NCBI GenBank assembly: GCA_963630185.1
Contig: CAVGMG010000001.1
Coordinates: 1 to 45,184, forward strand
Direction: 5' to 3'
DNA length: 45,184 nt
DNA from: Alistipes onderdonkii
GTDB taxonomy: Bacteria > Verrucomicrobiota > Kiritimatiellia > RFP12 > UBA1067
Position numbers and translations under genes: made by a program. Shown one piece after another: positions 30,201 through 35,365 of the stretch; position 1 is the stretch's first letter, and every line of letters begins with the position of its first letter. The notes below the pieces were generated by a model. The model was not told where the DNA came from. It worked only from the letters and a program-made list of their open reading frames with translations, and did not search any database.

Positions 30201-33200
30201 AAGCGTCTGCCGGGCTTCGACGGCGGCAACGGCGCGAGCTTCGTCCACGAGGAGTCGAGCCGGATCAACAAGGAGATGATCCGCCGCTTCCTCGACATGA
30301 ACACGGGCGAGAACGTCGTGCTGCCGATCGTCGGGGCGACGGAGAAGGGCGTCAGGAGATACGTCGAGCTCTTCCGCGACGCCGGCTACGCAATCTACCT
30401 GCACAACGACCGCGTGCCGATTCTGCACGCCTTCCACCGCGCCTGGCTGCGCACGCTCGCGACAGGCCGCCTCATCGCGCCGGAGGTGTTTCTCGGCTGC
30501 ATGGACAATCCGTCGGTCGTCTTCGAGCGCCTACGCCGCGAGGTCGACTTCTGGGACGAGTTCGACAACGACGACGTCACCGTCGGCGCCGCGCCGCGCT
30601 ACGTGCGCGGCAACTACTCGGAGCCGGCCTACGGGACGGCGTCGGAAGCGGCGTCGGCGAAAGAGCCCGGCCTGGAAAGCCTTGAAGACTGGAAGAAGCG
30701 TCTTGCAACCCCTCAGGCGATTGCCGACATGGCCGCCGCGATGGACATGGAGGAGCGCGGCGACAAGGCCGCCGCGCCCGTCCTCCGGCAGGGCGAGTTC
30801 GACTTCGGACCGGACGCGGAGGCGAGCTCCAGGCACGCGATCCGCGCCGACCTCGGCGAGAGGCGCGAGAAGGCGGCGGCCGAGGCGCTGACGAACTGGA
30901 TCACCTACTTCCGGCTCTCGCGCGGCTCCGTCCCCATGGCGAAGACCATCGCGCGGATGGGCCTTGCCATGGGCATGGGCGTCGTCGACACGAAGCGGAT
31001 CCTCCAGTCGTCGGAAAGCCGCGCCGAGCAGATGCGCGGGTCGCTCATCGAGAAGGCCGCCCAGAACGGCGACGTCGCCACGACCCTCGCGCTTTTGAAG
31101 CGCGAGGACGGCATCGACGAGTCGATCGACGGCCTTCTCGCCGGCTCCGTCGCCCAGGGCGGCGAGCTGACGCGCGCGGGCTCCGGGCGGATCAACACGA
31201 TCATCGGAAAGCGCGTCGAGCAGATGATGCGCGACTTCTCGGCCGCGTCGCTCGCCGACATGGAGGGCGAGACAGGCCTCGACCTCGCGGCGGAAATCCT
31301 CGAGCAGAACCCCGACGCCTTCGCGGGCGAGGTCAAGTCCGCCCGTGGCGCGGACGCGGCGGACGACGCCGGCAAGGACGCCGCGTCCGACGCGGACAAG
31401 GAAGAGGGCGGCGGCGCGGCCGACGAGAGCCGTCTTTCGGATCTCGAACGCCATGTCCGCGAGCGTGCGCGGCAGGACGCGCTCAAGAAGGTCGAGTCGT
31501 TCATCGCCCGGGCGAAGGCCCGCGCCGAGGAGAACAGGGCCCGCGCCGAGGAGCGGCGTCGGCGCGGCGAAGCGGACGGCGGGCGCGACGGGGCCGGCGT
31601 CGGCGACGGCGCGGACGGCAGGCCCGCCGCCGTGGACATGGATCAGGCCGTGTCGGACGCGATGGGCGGGACGAACCCGAAGAACGTCAAGGCCGACTTC
31701 AGGAGCAAGGAGGAGTTCGCGGCGTTTCTGCGCGTCTGGGCGGAGCACAAGTTCGACAAGACGCACGGGCTCTCGTCGCTCGGCAAGACGGAGCGCGGCA
31801 GGCTCTTCGCCGAGTTCTACCGGATCACCGTCCGCAAGGAGCTCCAGGACCTCGCCGACAAGCTCCTCGCGCCGAAGGACGAGAGCGGGTTCACGGTCTA
31901 CCGCCTCGCCAGGCTCGGCAACGGCGCGAGGAATGTCGTGAGCCGCCGGCTCGCCCGGATGGAGAAGGGGATTCGCCCGGACGCCATCGAGCGGATGAGC
32001 GCCGACGTCTTCGCCTTCATCAACGCGGCCGCGATCCGCGTCAGCCGGACCGACCTCGTCAACGAGTTCAAGAAGGAGATCAAGTCCAGATACGTCAAGG
32101 GCGAGCGATACGAAGACCTCAAGCTTGACGCCGACCGCCGCGTGACGGGCTGGGTGGAGGAGGCGGCGCGATACATCTGCCGCGTCTGCGACCTCTCGAA
32201 GCGCGGCGCCAACGGCGACATGTCGCAGCTCGAACGCGAGCGCAAGGCCCTGCTCGACGTCATCGACCGCCGGGCGGACGTCTACGACGAGTCCGGCAAG
32301 GACGCCGTCCGGGCGCCCGTCGAGGACATGGAGACGAAGAAGGCCATGTGGAAGCTCGCGCTCCTCGACAAATACGGCGCGATGGCCTCGCTCATGCCGG
32401 GCGAGATCCTCGACCTGCGCCAGGCCGCGATCGAGCATCTTGAACGGCAGGCCGGCGAGCTCGAGCGGCTGTGGCAGGACGCGCGGGCCTACGAGGAGGG
32501 CATCCGGAGCGACCTCGCCGGCGCGATTGCCGCGCCGAACGGCCAGCGCTACCAGGAGCGCGGGTGGCTCGGCGGACGGCTCTTCGACGCGCTGAACGGG
32601 CTTCTCCGTCTTCGGCTCGAACACCTGACGCGCTTTGCGGACGAGGCGGCGCAGAAGCGGGCGAAGGAGGCCATCAACAAGGTCATCGTCCTTCTGGGCG
32701 ACGGCGAGACGGCCTACGCGCGCATGCTCCAGGACGACCGGCGGGCGCTTTTCGAGGGGCTTGCGCACATCTTCGGCCGGAACGGACGCGCGGACAACGC
32801 CGCGATCAAGCGGTATCTGAACCGCATGACCGAGCCGATCCCGGTCGAGCTCGCGCGGCGGATCTCCAGCCAGGGCTTCGTCGGCACGATGACATACGGG
32901 CAGATGCTGCAGCTTCTCGTCTCGCTGGAGCAGAGGTCGTTCAAGGACGCGGTCGAGCACAACGGACGGCAGGGGCAGGCCGAGCTGATCCGCACGTTCG
33001 AGACGACGGACGCCGACGGGCGGCGCGTCCGCGTCTTCACGGAGGAGGACGGGCTTTTCGTCGACTGGCTCCGGGCGTTCTACGCGGCCAAGCGCGACGT
33101 GATCTCGCCGGTGACGCTGCGCATGGTCGGCCAGGCGGTCGATTCGCCCGATCCGCTCTACTGCCCGGTCAGGCGCTCGATGGACGACCGCACGATGGCT

Positions 33201-34601
33201 CTTGCGGAGGCCGGCTCGACGTGGGACCCGGTCGCGGCCGTCTTTTCGCGGCGCGTGAAGAACGACCGCGACTTCGACGAGCAGGCGTCTGTCCTCGGGA
33301 TGTTCTTCGACCGTTCGCGCGAGACGGCGAAGCTCGTCGCCTGGGCGGAGCGCGGGACGATCGTCCGCGGCGTGTTCACGAGTGTCTCCGTGCAGAGCGC
33401 GATCCGCCGCGCCTTCGGCAGCGGGGAGCTGCGCAAGATCATGAAGCAGCTCGTCGCGACGTTCAACGGCGGGGAGGCCAAGTCGAAGACGTCCGGCGAG
33501 CTCGCGGCGGTCGACAAGGCCCTGAACTTCACGACCTACGCCTATCTCGGCTTCAACCCGCTTTCGGCCGCCAAGCAGACGACAAGCTTCACCGTCTGGG
33601 CGAACGCGCTGCCGGGCGGCTTCAAAGACCTCTGGAAATACATGACGCACTTCGACGCGAAGGCGCTCAGGCATTTGATGGAGTCCGAGGAATACAAGCT
33701 GCGGTATGGCGACGAGGTCGGCTCCGGGCAGGATCTCGCCACCAAGGGGCTCAACATGAATCCGTCGATGAACCCGGTCGTCCGCATGATTTCCGGGGCT
33801 GGCATGTGGATGCTCAAGAAGGGGGACTTCGCGCCGGGAGGGTGGATCGCGCAAGGCCTTTACAAAGACCTCCTCGACAGGCACATGCAGGAGGGGATGG
33901 CGTTCGACGCGGCCGACAGGCTCGCGATCACCGAGACGTTCAACATGCTAGAGGAGACGCAGCAGTCGGGCCGCACCTACAACACGAACATGCTCACGAT
34001 CGAGCACGGGCGGATCGGGCGGCTGCTGACGCAGTTCGCGACGTCGCCCCTGCAGCAGTTGCAGTACGAGACCCAGGCGTGGCGCGAATGGCGCGACATG
34101 GTGCGATACGGCCAAGGCAAGCGGAAGATCGCGGCGGCGCGGCAAAAGCTCGTCCGGGCGGCGGTCATCAACCACCTGCTCCTGCCGGCGGCGCTCAACT
34201 TCGTGACGGCCGTCTACAAGAAGCTCATGGGCGACGAGCCGCCGTGGGAGCAAGACGGCTACCACTGGACGCTCCTCACGGAGGTTCTCCTCGGGCAGTT
34301 CGAGCGGGTGTTCTTCGTCGGGGCGTTCGCGCAGACGTCGCTCAAGGCGCTCTTTGCGCGGGAATATCCGCGCGGGAGCAAGATCCTGCCGGTCGAGGGG
34401 GCGCTCGGCATGGCGGCGTCGCTGTGCTTCACGGCGCACGACGTGGCCGCGCTGGACGCGGAGAAAGTCCGCAAGGACCTTGAGCGGCTGCTCAAATCGA
34501 CGGCGCCGACGCGGATTCCGTTCAACCTCTACCGTCGGATCGTCGGCGATTCGGACGTCGACCGCAAGGCGGCGAAGGAGAAGGCGAAGAAGCGTCAGTA
34601 G
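21240..34601 (+). CDS. Giant (4453-codon) polyvalent internal-virion/ejection-type protein carrying multiple enzyme modules
   Basis: GTG 21240 lies 9 nt after aaagaggaga. The frame is open to TAG 34599-34601. The first 781 codons of the 5234-aa track ORF are off-frame sequence of the gp15-like gene. Occupies the position of T7 gp16. See the frame anomaly at 29200-29604. Confidence 0.75.
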   Translation: MTDDILHSQDPAASDDAAPKDAASSGVNDDAVLHAPDLQRAAARALVAVPKDEDDYSARVRAKTLSEALGRAIALAKREAPDGTAAPEERDAAERATADAIGATLTGKHDYDGAMWNRQRPFASGAAYAAHMRDLVLNSPDAGLTEEAKAFYAADYDTQVRLALEHEGTLDAVKRVAADALDALRPVSRPLSRLEESEADDETRGASATVFVANMGGTDIDEKTLDAAKAKVAAFRERRRREEIRRKYEAKLNADNAWNALTSILPTLSEDAQTCAKAILDSPENKLPYEHYAKFNALPRRERELVVQTRQLAKDRVDSGVWNTLQDAGIGAFNVASAVVAAPFRQGAKLGRGIYDAVAGLNAPETDPSDVRDAITSADEAGLDVNELAVRRQLLWQATGDFLAGGDLESAALPQLQFEQVCEDHGVVGEAVIGAVSTLPYMAAAAIPRVGLGLVALEAMQEFDDHVALNGGDITDRRYLMSSFVMGGLYAYVERLQVERLIGGVSEQRVREGLLKGFWSGIKNGTVPRVLTVETLSESIQEGLQNGVMAVNNAYALDEDAVRGFGEAFVDDFVGSLGTMAIVGAGGLVVGHARRSGLHVRGRDGLSAADMRRLERSADLTNLYRTMFAHDNMVEAAARSSNYRRRAMGEELQALRGRWLEGGKAALVAQGGVSEQAAESLDGFFAALRAAEGSEAVSAASSALGEWNAARGLEASPKAGERGDIGQQYLENLIRAFTDGGMSRDDFTGRLVSMGFSEKGAGDYAAWAALERAVRERAAQVGAFVEGRYERKYGSNAAESADVSRVRKSFQNLDRARSVWAQGLGVYSRNADGSVQDPGAKALEAFGFAKEDAESLSRLFHYERAAACSRVALDGVRALYEKATKGRVGGREALAREFKGRVVRLPAGTDAKGRETFGDFIRFEMPGGRGEAFVRIVETRAVEPDFSKANPFVAESVAETAKGWAKPVTADDWMRATPDERRRIWREHGLHDEGLFVADPTVSLVLDGDPSARVDSDGAKRLVFGTIALADESGVKTLDDLSPVKIVDSSAGFHEVYHAWEHFMRATGQWTEKEEAALAAKYGKALGGRHDEEAAANAMRSYMNRRIEGRMSAEDETSPFGKIYALARRLVRRGEEMKAKERIASTAEEAFFDQIVADRYSGVGELGKPEKKEEKGGEKGKSEASAAPQMPGRKETSVAAPAPAASSTEAGSSASKPGASPLPAAQRGWTAYTPTGNVKVGGHYAVVDLSEIVHSNNPAYALYMRAQLRNRKDNKAEEDTRKDIVNNFQAERLLEAPDTANGAPIVFAAPDEKGVSRLFVLSGNGRVLVLNELAERHLYDRYRNVMKAWAAENGLAVPEGETPVLVRVVTDFGGATREQVADLSNTNSIQQYTEEEQARADAEVVKALGIAGLYHANANGTADMTPGVNDEFFAAFIRGVGDTSLYNSDRSLTETARVRAVRALLAIAVGQGPRGRDVVRKLVEQTDTLNIARQKNAAAIMAAAVASLEEKDAYAIGPDLSRAMADFVDFAERRKAGKVATFDDYYNQMDLLDAPSEISREILRLFGSKQPAADIAEYVTVYCNAAAQEDPTGGLFGKDAARSRLDVWNDAKRLVDSRRVADGGAARHSFKAETRTLYHGSAADWIRPDLRHVGEGQGGDYQGYGLNMTTSRSGAELWASVAKTQRALRAKGPIEGVKAFFAPKFVYSAEMDKSAHVVGYFDPVSPDVAEAVRAALDAEAIPLSEEDEEAFAKLAGRPFERLAKFVASRERFGVRISPKTAADVLVRAGIDASWTPSVSGDAATDRDYTVYNVARLTNYHQWANGVQRHSFKAAAPEVTASDFDAAIEKYGEAEDVSQAVYALPDGRLLRGKGVEITRGGRTFTSFGHDGLAEDVMKKVAAKASDGKSPAASLDERMGAARRAIARAGAIRLGWDGSLLETFKEPTPAQCDRLYDVVYEAYDLAERQGDVRGVTVDVSDADGVVAFAVAYRAGTSPRRIVEDLRGWYREGVLPLGAKGPAADLAQVEASPRHSIAGVDFSAMAKYYQGDVREIARELKRSNPYALKLAAEAMARAVPDGAVLVPVPGHDGRAGDTFALANEIAAITGSPVVEALRGTPRRAVYEQKREGVLPSASALGFRRFAALPPGREVVFVDNVVGTGTTAVAAREALGTGRVLAFAWDHTAPRPVGVVGGLDGAARHSFAGLRGQGAAGVRAVGDAEALESRGVGREAVFRLTGWYRGADGRWRVELPFHGAFVFEGDFDDGLVKGYRTVGDYFDWPELFQAYPELKDVEVRFDDLPDDVRGDFDPKTKTIRIANAVRRGGSGALARRRVAPVMVHEIQHAIQSIENHARGGDPDDLLALDRKKALDEVFRLSLARALAKTKAEKAEISEKIEELERSLAADAEAAFERYYRLAGEVEARNAALRFSKSPSWRLSHPPWETEEVGRDRQLVDFKEEDGVHWDDAAPDARRSVTSAWGEGFPDVAYMTTRKFVLANPELDRLHREAKAGSLAAALAFVDRLLPDAPTSESEKVRVRKIKDLAADHPTAVLVPVVAMERTGHNMLPFAYAQRIGEITGLKLARGVKQSVKANHTGASGLERLVRRAEFVGDVTPGREYVMVDDHVTQGGTLAALRRHVADRGGKVVAATTLTTSRGSSILSPRDSTLEKLAAKFASVLAELKEAGAEDAIADLTESQARQLLKYSVDSFGDLAARALVRRRGEGAHQDGPGDAGLVRAALRPGGSDQAGARPGMAGGMGDPAGRGAQIPLRDVRWSFAGRSKALDVGDVLPGLRPLYDHDAKRLGETFFARSPLIRGPVSKDLHDAIDEAGRAGEMPDGEKRGLLERLVGEIKASKEGKVLFGRYRTGDSWDGTEDDWLRPERVRLRERIFRDLVLAPVTSANSEALEPNRLTGKAKGAEAIARSNAANPDLPKISLGADARYAPSRERRLDIVMGPSAAGKSSVFVDLLSVCHRARVFDSDAVKKRLPGFDGGNGASFVHEESSRINKEMIRRFLDMNTGENVVLPIVGATEKGVRRYVELFRDAGYAIYLHNDRVPILHAFHRAWLRTLATGRLIAPEVFLGCMDNPSVVFERLRREVDFWDEFDNDDVTVGAAPRYVRGNYSEPAYGTASEAASAKEPGLESLEDWKKRLATPQAIADMAAAMDMEERGDKAAAPVLRQGEFDFGPDAEASSRHAIRADLGERREKAAAEALTNWITYFRLSRGSVPMAKTIARMGLAMGMGVVDTKRILQSSESRAEQMRGSLIEKAAQNGDVATTLALLKREDGIDESIDGLLAGSVAQGGELTRAGSGRINTIIGKRVEQMMRDFSAASLADMEGETGLDLAAEILEQNPDAFAGEVKSARGADAADDAGKDAASDADKEEGGGAADESRLSDLERHVRERARQDALKKVESFIARAKARAEENRARAEERRRRGEADGGRDGAGVGDGADGRPAAVDMDQAVSDAMGGTNPKNVKADFRSKEEFAAFLRVWAEHKFDKTHGLSSLGKTERGRLFAEFYRITVRKELQDLADKLLAPKDESGFTVYRLARLGNGARNVVSRRLARMEKGIRPDAIERMSADVFAFINAAAIRVSRTDLVNEFKKEIKSRYVKGERYEDLKLDADRRVTGWVEEAARYICRVCDLSKRGANGDMSQLERERKALLDVIDRRADVYDESGKDAVRAPVEDMETKKAMWKLALLDKYGAMASLMPGEILDLRQAAIEHLERQAGELERLWQDARAYEEGIRSDLAGAIAAPNGQRYQERGWLGGRLFDALNGLLRLRLEHLTRFADEAAQKRAKEAINKVIVLLGDGETAYARMLQDDRRALFEGLAHIFGRNGRADNAAIKRYLNRMTEPIPVELARRISSQGFVGTMTYGQMLQLLVSLEQRSFKDAVEHNGRQGQAELIRTFETTDADGRRVRVFTEEDGLFVDWLRAFYAAKRDVISPVTLRMVGQAVDSPDPLYCPVRRSMDDRTMALAEAGSTWDPVAAVFSRRVKNDRDFDEQASVLGMFFDRSRETAKLVAWAERGTIVRGVFTSVSVQSAIRRAFGSGELRKIMKQLVATFNGGEAKSKTSGELAAVDKALNFTTYAYLGFNPLSAAKQTTSFTVWANALPGGFKDLWKYMTHFDAKALRHLMESEEYKLRYGDEVGSGQDLATKGLNMNPSMNPVVRMISGAGMWMLKKGDFAPGGWIAQGLYKDLLDRHMQEGMAFDAADRLAITETFNMLEETQQSGRTYNTNMLTIEHGRIGRLLTQFATSPLQQLQYETQAWREWRDMVRYGQGKRKIAAARQKLVRAAVINHLLLPAALNFVTAVYKKLMGDEPPWEQDGYHWTLLTEVLLGQFERVFFVGAFAQTSLKALFAREYPRGSKILPVEGALGMAASLCFTAHDVAALDAEKVRKDLERLLKSTAPTRIPFNLYRRIVGDSDVDRKAAKEKAKKRQ
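22220..23015 (+). other. Cluster of about 4 hydrophobic (membrane-insertion-like) segments in the giant protein
   Basis: GIGAFNVASAVVAAPF, VIGAVSTLPYMAAAAIPRVGLGLVAL, LMSSFVMGGLYAYV, FVGSLGTMAIVGAGGLVVG. Confidence 0.4.
24399..24413 (+). other. HEXXH motif 1 (HEVYH) in the giant protein
   Basis: cac gag gtc tac cac, in context SSAGFHEVYHAWEHF. Confidence 0.4.
24921..25440 (+). other. ParB/sulfiredoxin-like module in the giant protein
   Basis: GHYAVVDLSEIVHSNNP...RLFVLSGNGRVLVLNELAE. GNGR (25206-25217) occupies the place of the ParB GxxR motif. It follows a Lys/Glu/Ser/Pro-rich linker. Confidence 0.35.
26118..26720 (+). other. ADP-ribosyltransferase-like module (H-Y-[E/D] type)
   Basis: TLYHGS (His), YQGYGLNMTTS (Tyr) and RDYTVYN (acidic position, 26652-26672), in the order and spacing expected of PARP/diphtheria-toxin-like ARTs. 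Confidence 0.4.
27330..27836 (+). other. Phosphoribosyltransferase (PRTase, ComF-like) module 1
   Basis: VLVPVPGHDGRAGD...REVVFVDNVVGTGTT (PRPP loop at 27690-27728; D-N instead of D-D). Confidence 0.6.
27837..28620 (+). other. Zincin-like metallopeptidase module (polyvalent-protein type), HEIQH at 28257-28271
   Basis: DWPELFQAYPELKDVEVRF...APVMVHEIQHAIQSIENHARGG...YYRLAGEVEARNAALR. Confidence 0.55.
28846..29215 (+). other. Phosphoribosyltransferase module 2
   Basis: AVLVPVVAMERTGHNMLP...REYVMVDDHVTQGGTLAAL (PRPP loop at 29097-29135). Confidence 0.6.
30060..30560 (+). other. Zeta-toxin-like P-loop kinase module
   Basis: Walker A GPSAAGKS at 30111-30134, followed by VFDSDAVKKRLP and FVHEESSRINKEMIRRFL, as in zeta/PezT-type kinases. 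Confidence 0.6.
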
Positions 34602-34649
34602 CAAACCTGCAGCAAACCTTGAGCAACAAGTCTCTTTGATAGTATCTTG

Positions 34650-34699
34650 TCCCGGATCCGCGTCGCAAGGTGGTCTCCTCCGACTCTACGGATCCGGGA
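34650..34699 (+). terminator. GC-rich hairpin 50 nt after the giant gene (11-bp stem tcccggatccg/cggatccggga, 28-nt partly paired loop), followed by ttt
   Basis: Exact inverted repeat read directly. The U-tract is poor, so the terminator call is tentative. Confidence 0.35.
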
Positions 34700-34872
34700 T
34701 TTCCCGCTTCCGGGGTTTCCCGTTGTTATTGATGTTGCTGGTCGTTGACGTTGTTGATGTTTGGCCTTGTCAACAACTTACCAACAAAGGTTCGCCCTTG
34801 GTCTTCTTCGAGCCCCACGGCCTCCCTCTCTTTTCGCCGACCCGTTAGATATTACCATTTCCAGGAATATGC

Positions 34873-34912
34873 CATATCGCGCTTTGTTATTGACTTATCA
34901 AAGCGCGATATG
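34873..34912. promoter_or_regulatory. Perfect 14-bp inverted repeat (catatcgcgctttg N12 caaagcgcgatatg) bracketing a -35 box; operator candidate
   Basis: Read directly. The 12-nt spacer ttattgacttat contains TTGACT. Confidence 0.5.
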
Positions 34913-34919
34913 ATATACT
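34890..34919 (+). promoter_or_regulatory. Sigma70-like promoter TTGACT-18 nt-TATACT
   Basis: -35 at 34890-34895 and -10 at 34914-34919, inside a GC-poor intergenic region. Confidence 0.45.
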
Positions 34920-34964
34920 ACACAAATGTTGCCTTGAGAAGGGCGAATCCATCTACACCCCAGT

Positions 34965-34981
34965 AGACGACATGGAGACGA
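34965..34981 (+). repeat. Left copy of the (g)gagacga-N-catggagacga direct repeat (integrase arm-site candidate)
   Basis: agacgacatggagacga. The 11-mer catggagacga recurs at 35156-35166. Confidence 0.4.
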
Positions 34982-35073
34982 CCTCTGAAAGGTGATGCCA
35001 GATAAGTAGCCGAACTGGTGAAAAGAAGTGCGGAATCGAATCGTGATACGGCAGTCCCGACACGCTTCCGCTC

Positions 35074-35096
35074 TTCAAATCCAGCCCCCGCTACCA
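35074..35096 (+). other. tRNA 3'-end-like segment (T-loop, T-stem 3' strand, acceptor 3' strand, discriminator, CCA); attP core candidate
   Basis: ttcaaat|ccagc|ccccgct|a|cca has exactly the 7+5+7+1+3 layout of a tRNA 3' end. There is no matching 5' half upstream. A terminator follows and the integrase is adjacent. Confidence 0.45.
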
Positions 35097-35104
35097 ATAA
35101 GAAA

Positions 35105-35137
35105 TGCCGAAGTTGTTGAGCTTCGGCACTTTTTATT
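35105..35137 (+). terminator. Rho-independent terminator
   Basis: 8-bp stem tgccgaag/cttcggca, 8-nt loop, then ctttttatt. Confidence 0.7.
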
Positions 35138-35145
35138 GTGTGGGG

Positions 35146-35166
35146 TGGAGACGAACATGGAGACGA
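35146..35166 (+). repeat. Right copy of the ggagacga-N-catggagacga direct repeat (arm-site candidate)
   Basis: tggagacgaacatggagacga. Same orientation as the left copy, on the other side of the core candidate. Confidence 0.4.
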
Positions 35167-35365
35167 GAAGGGTATTATGCGAATGAACTTTAAGAATGTC
35201 AAAGCGTGATTTAATATGGCACAGAGCGCGATTCGGTATTATGGTTATGGGATTTGACTTTGACAAGCCTTATGCTCGCTGACTTCGGGAAAGCGTGAAC
35301 GAATTGTTGGTTGTCTACAGAAATATGAACAGGATTATCGACCGCGATGGATTGGAATTATTGAC

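Noticed and set aside
24828-30437. Very long minus-strand ORFs (24828-30437, 13211-17617, 21309-24509, 30531-33884, 1180-3000, 7657-9579 and similar)
   Set aside because: They are antisense to + strand genes that have strong third-position GC bias and recognisable motifs. Their translations are monotonous Arg/Asp/Gly/Val/Ala strings. Long stop-free antisense frames are expected at about 66% GC.
35021-35096. A complete tRNA gene ending at the CCA at 35094-35096
   Set aside because: Only the 3' 23 nt fit a tRNA. The upstream sequence lacks the complementary T-stem (gctgg) and acceptor (agcgggg) strands and any D or anticodon arm.
34918-35266. Minus-strand ORFs in the attP region (34918-35202 and 35075-35266) as a possible excisionase or repressor
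   Set aside because: They run through the terminator hairpin and the arm repeats, lack an RBS, and their peptides look random.
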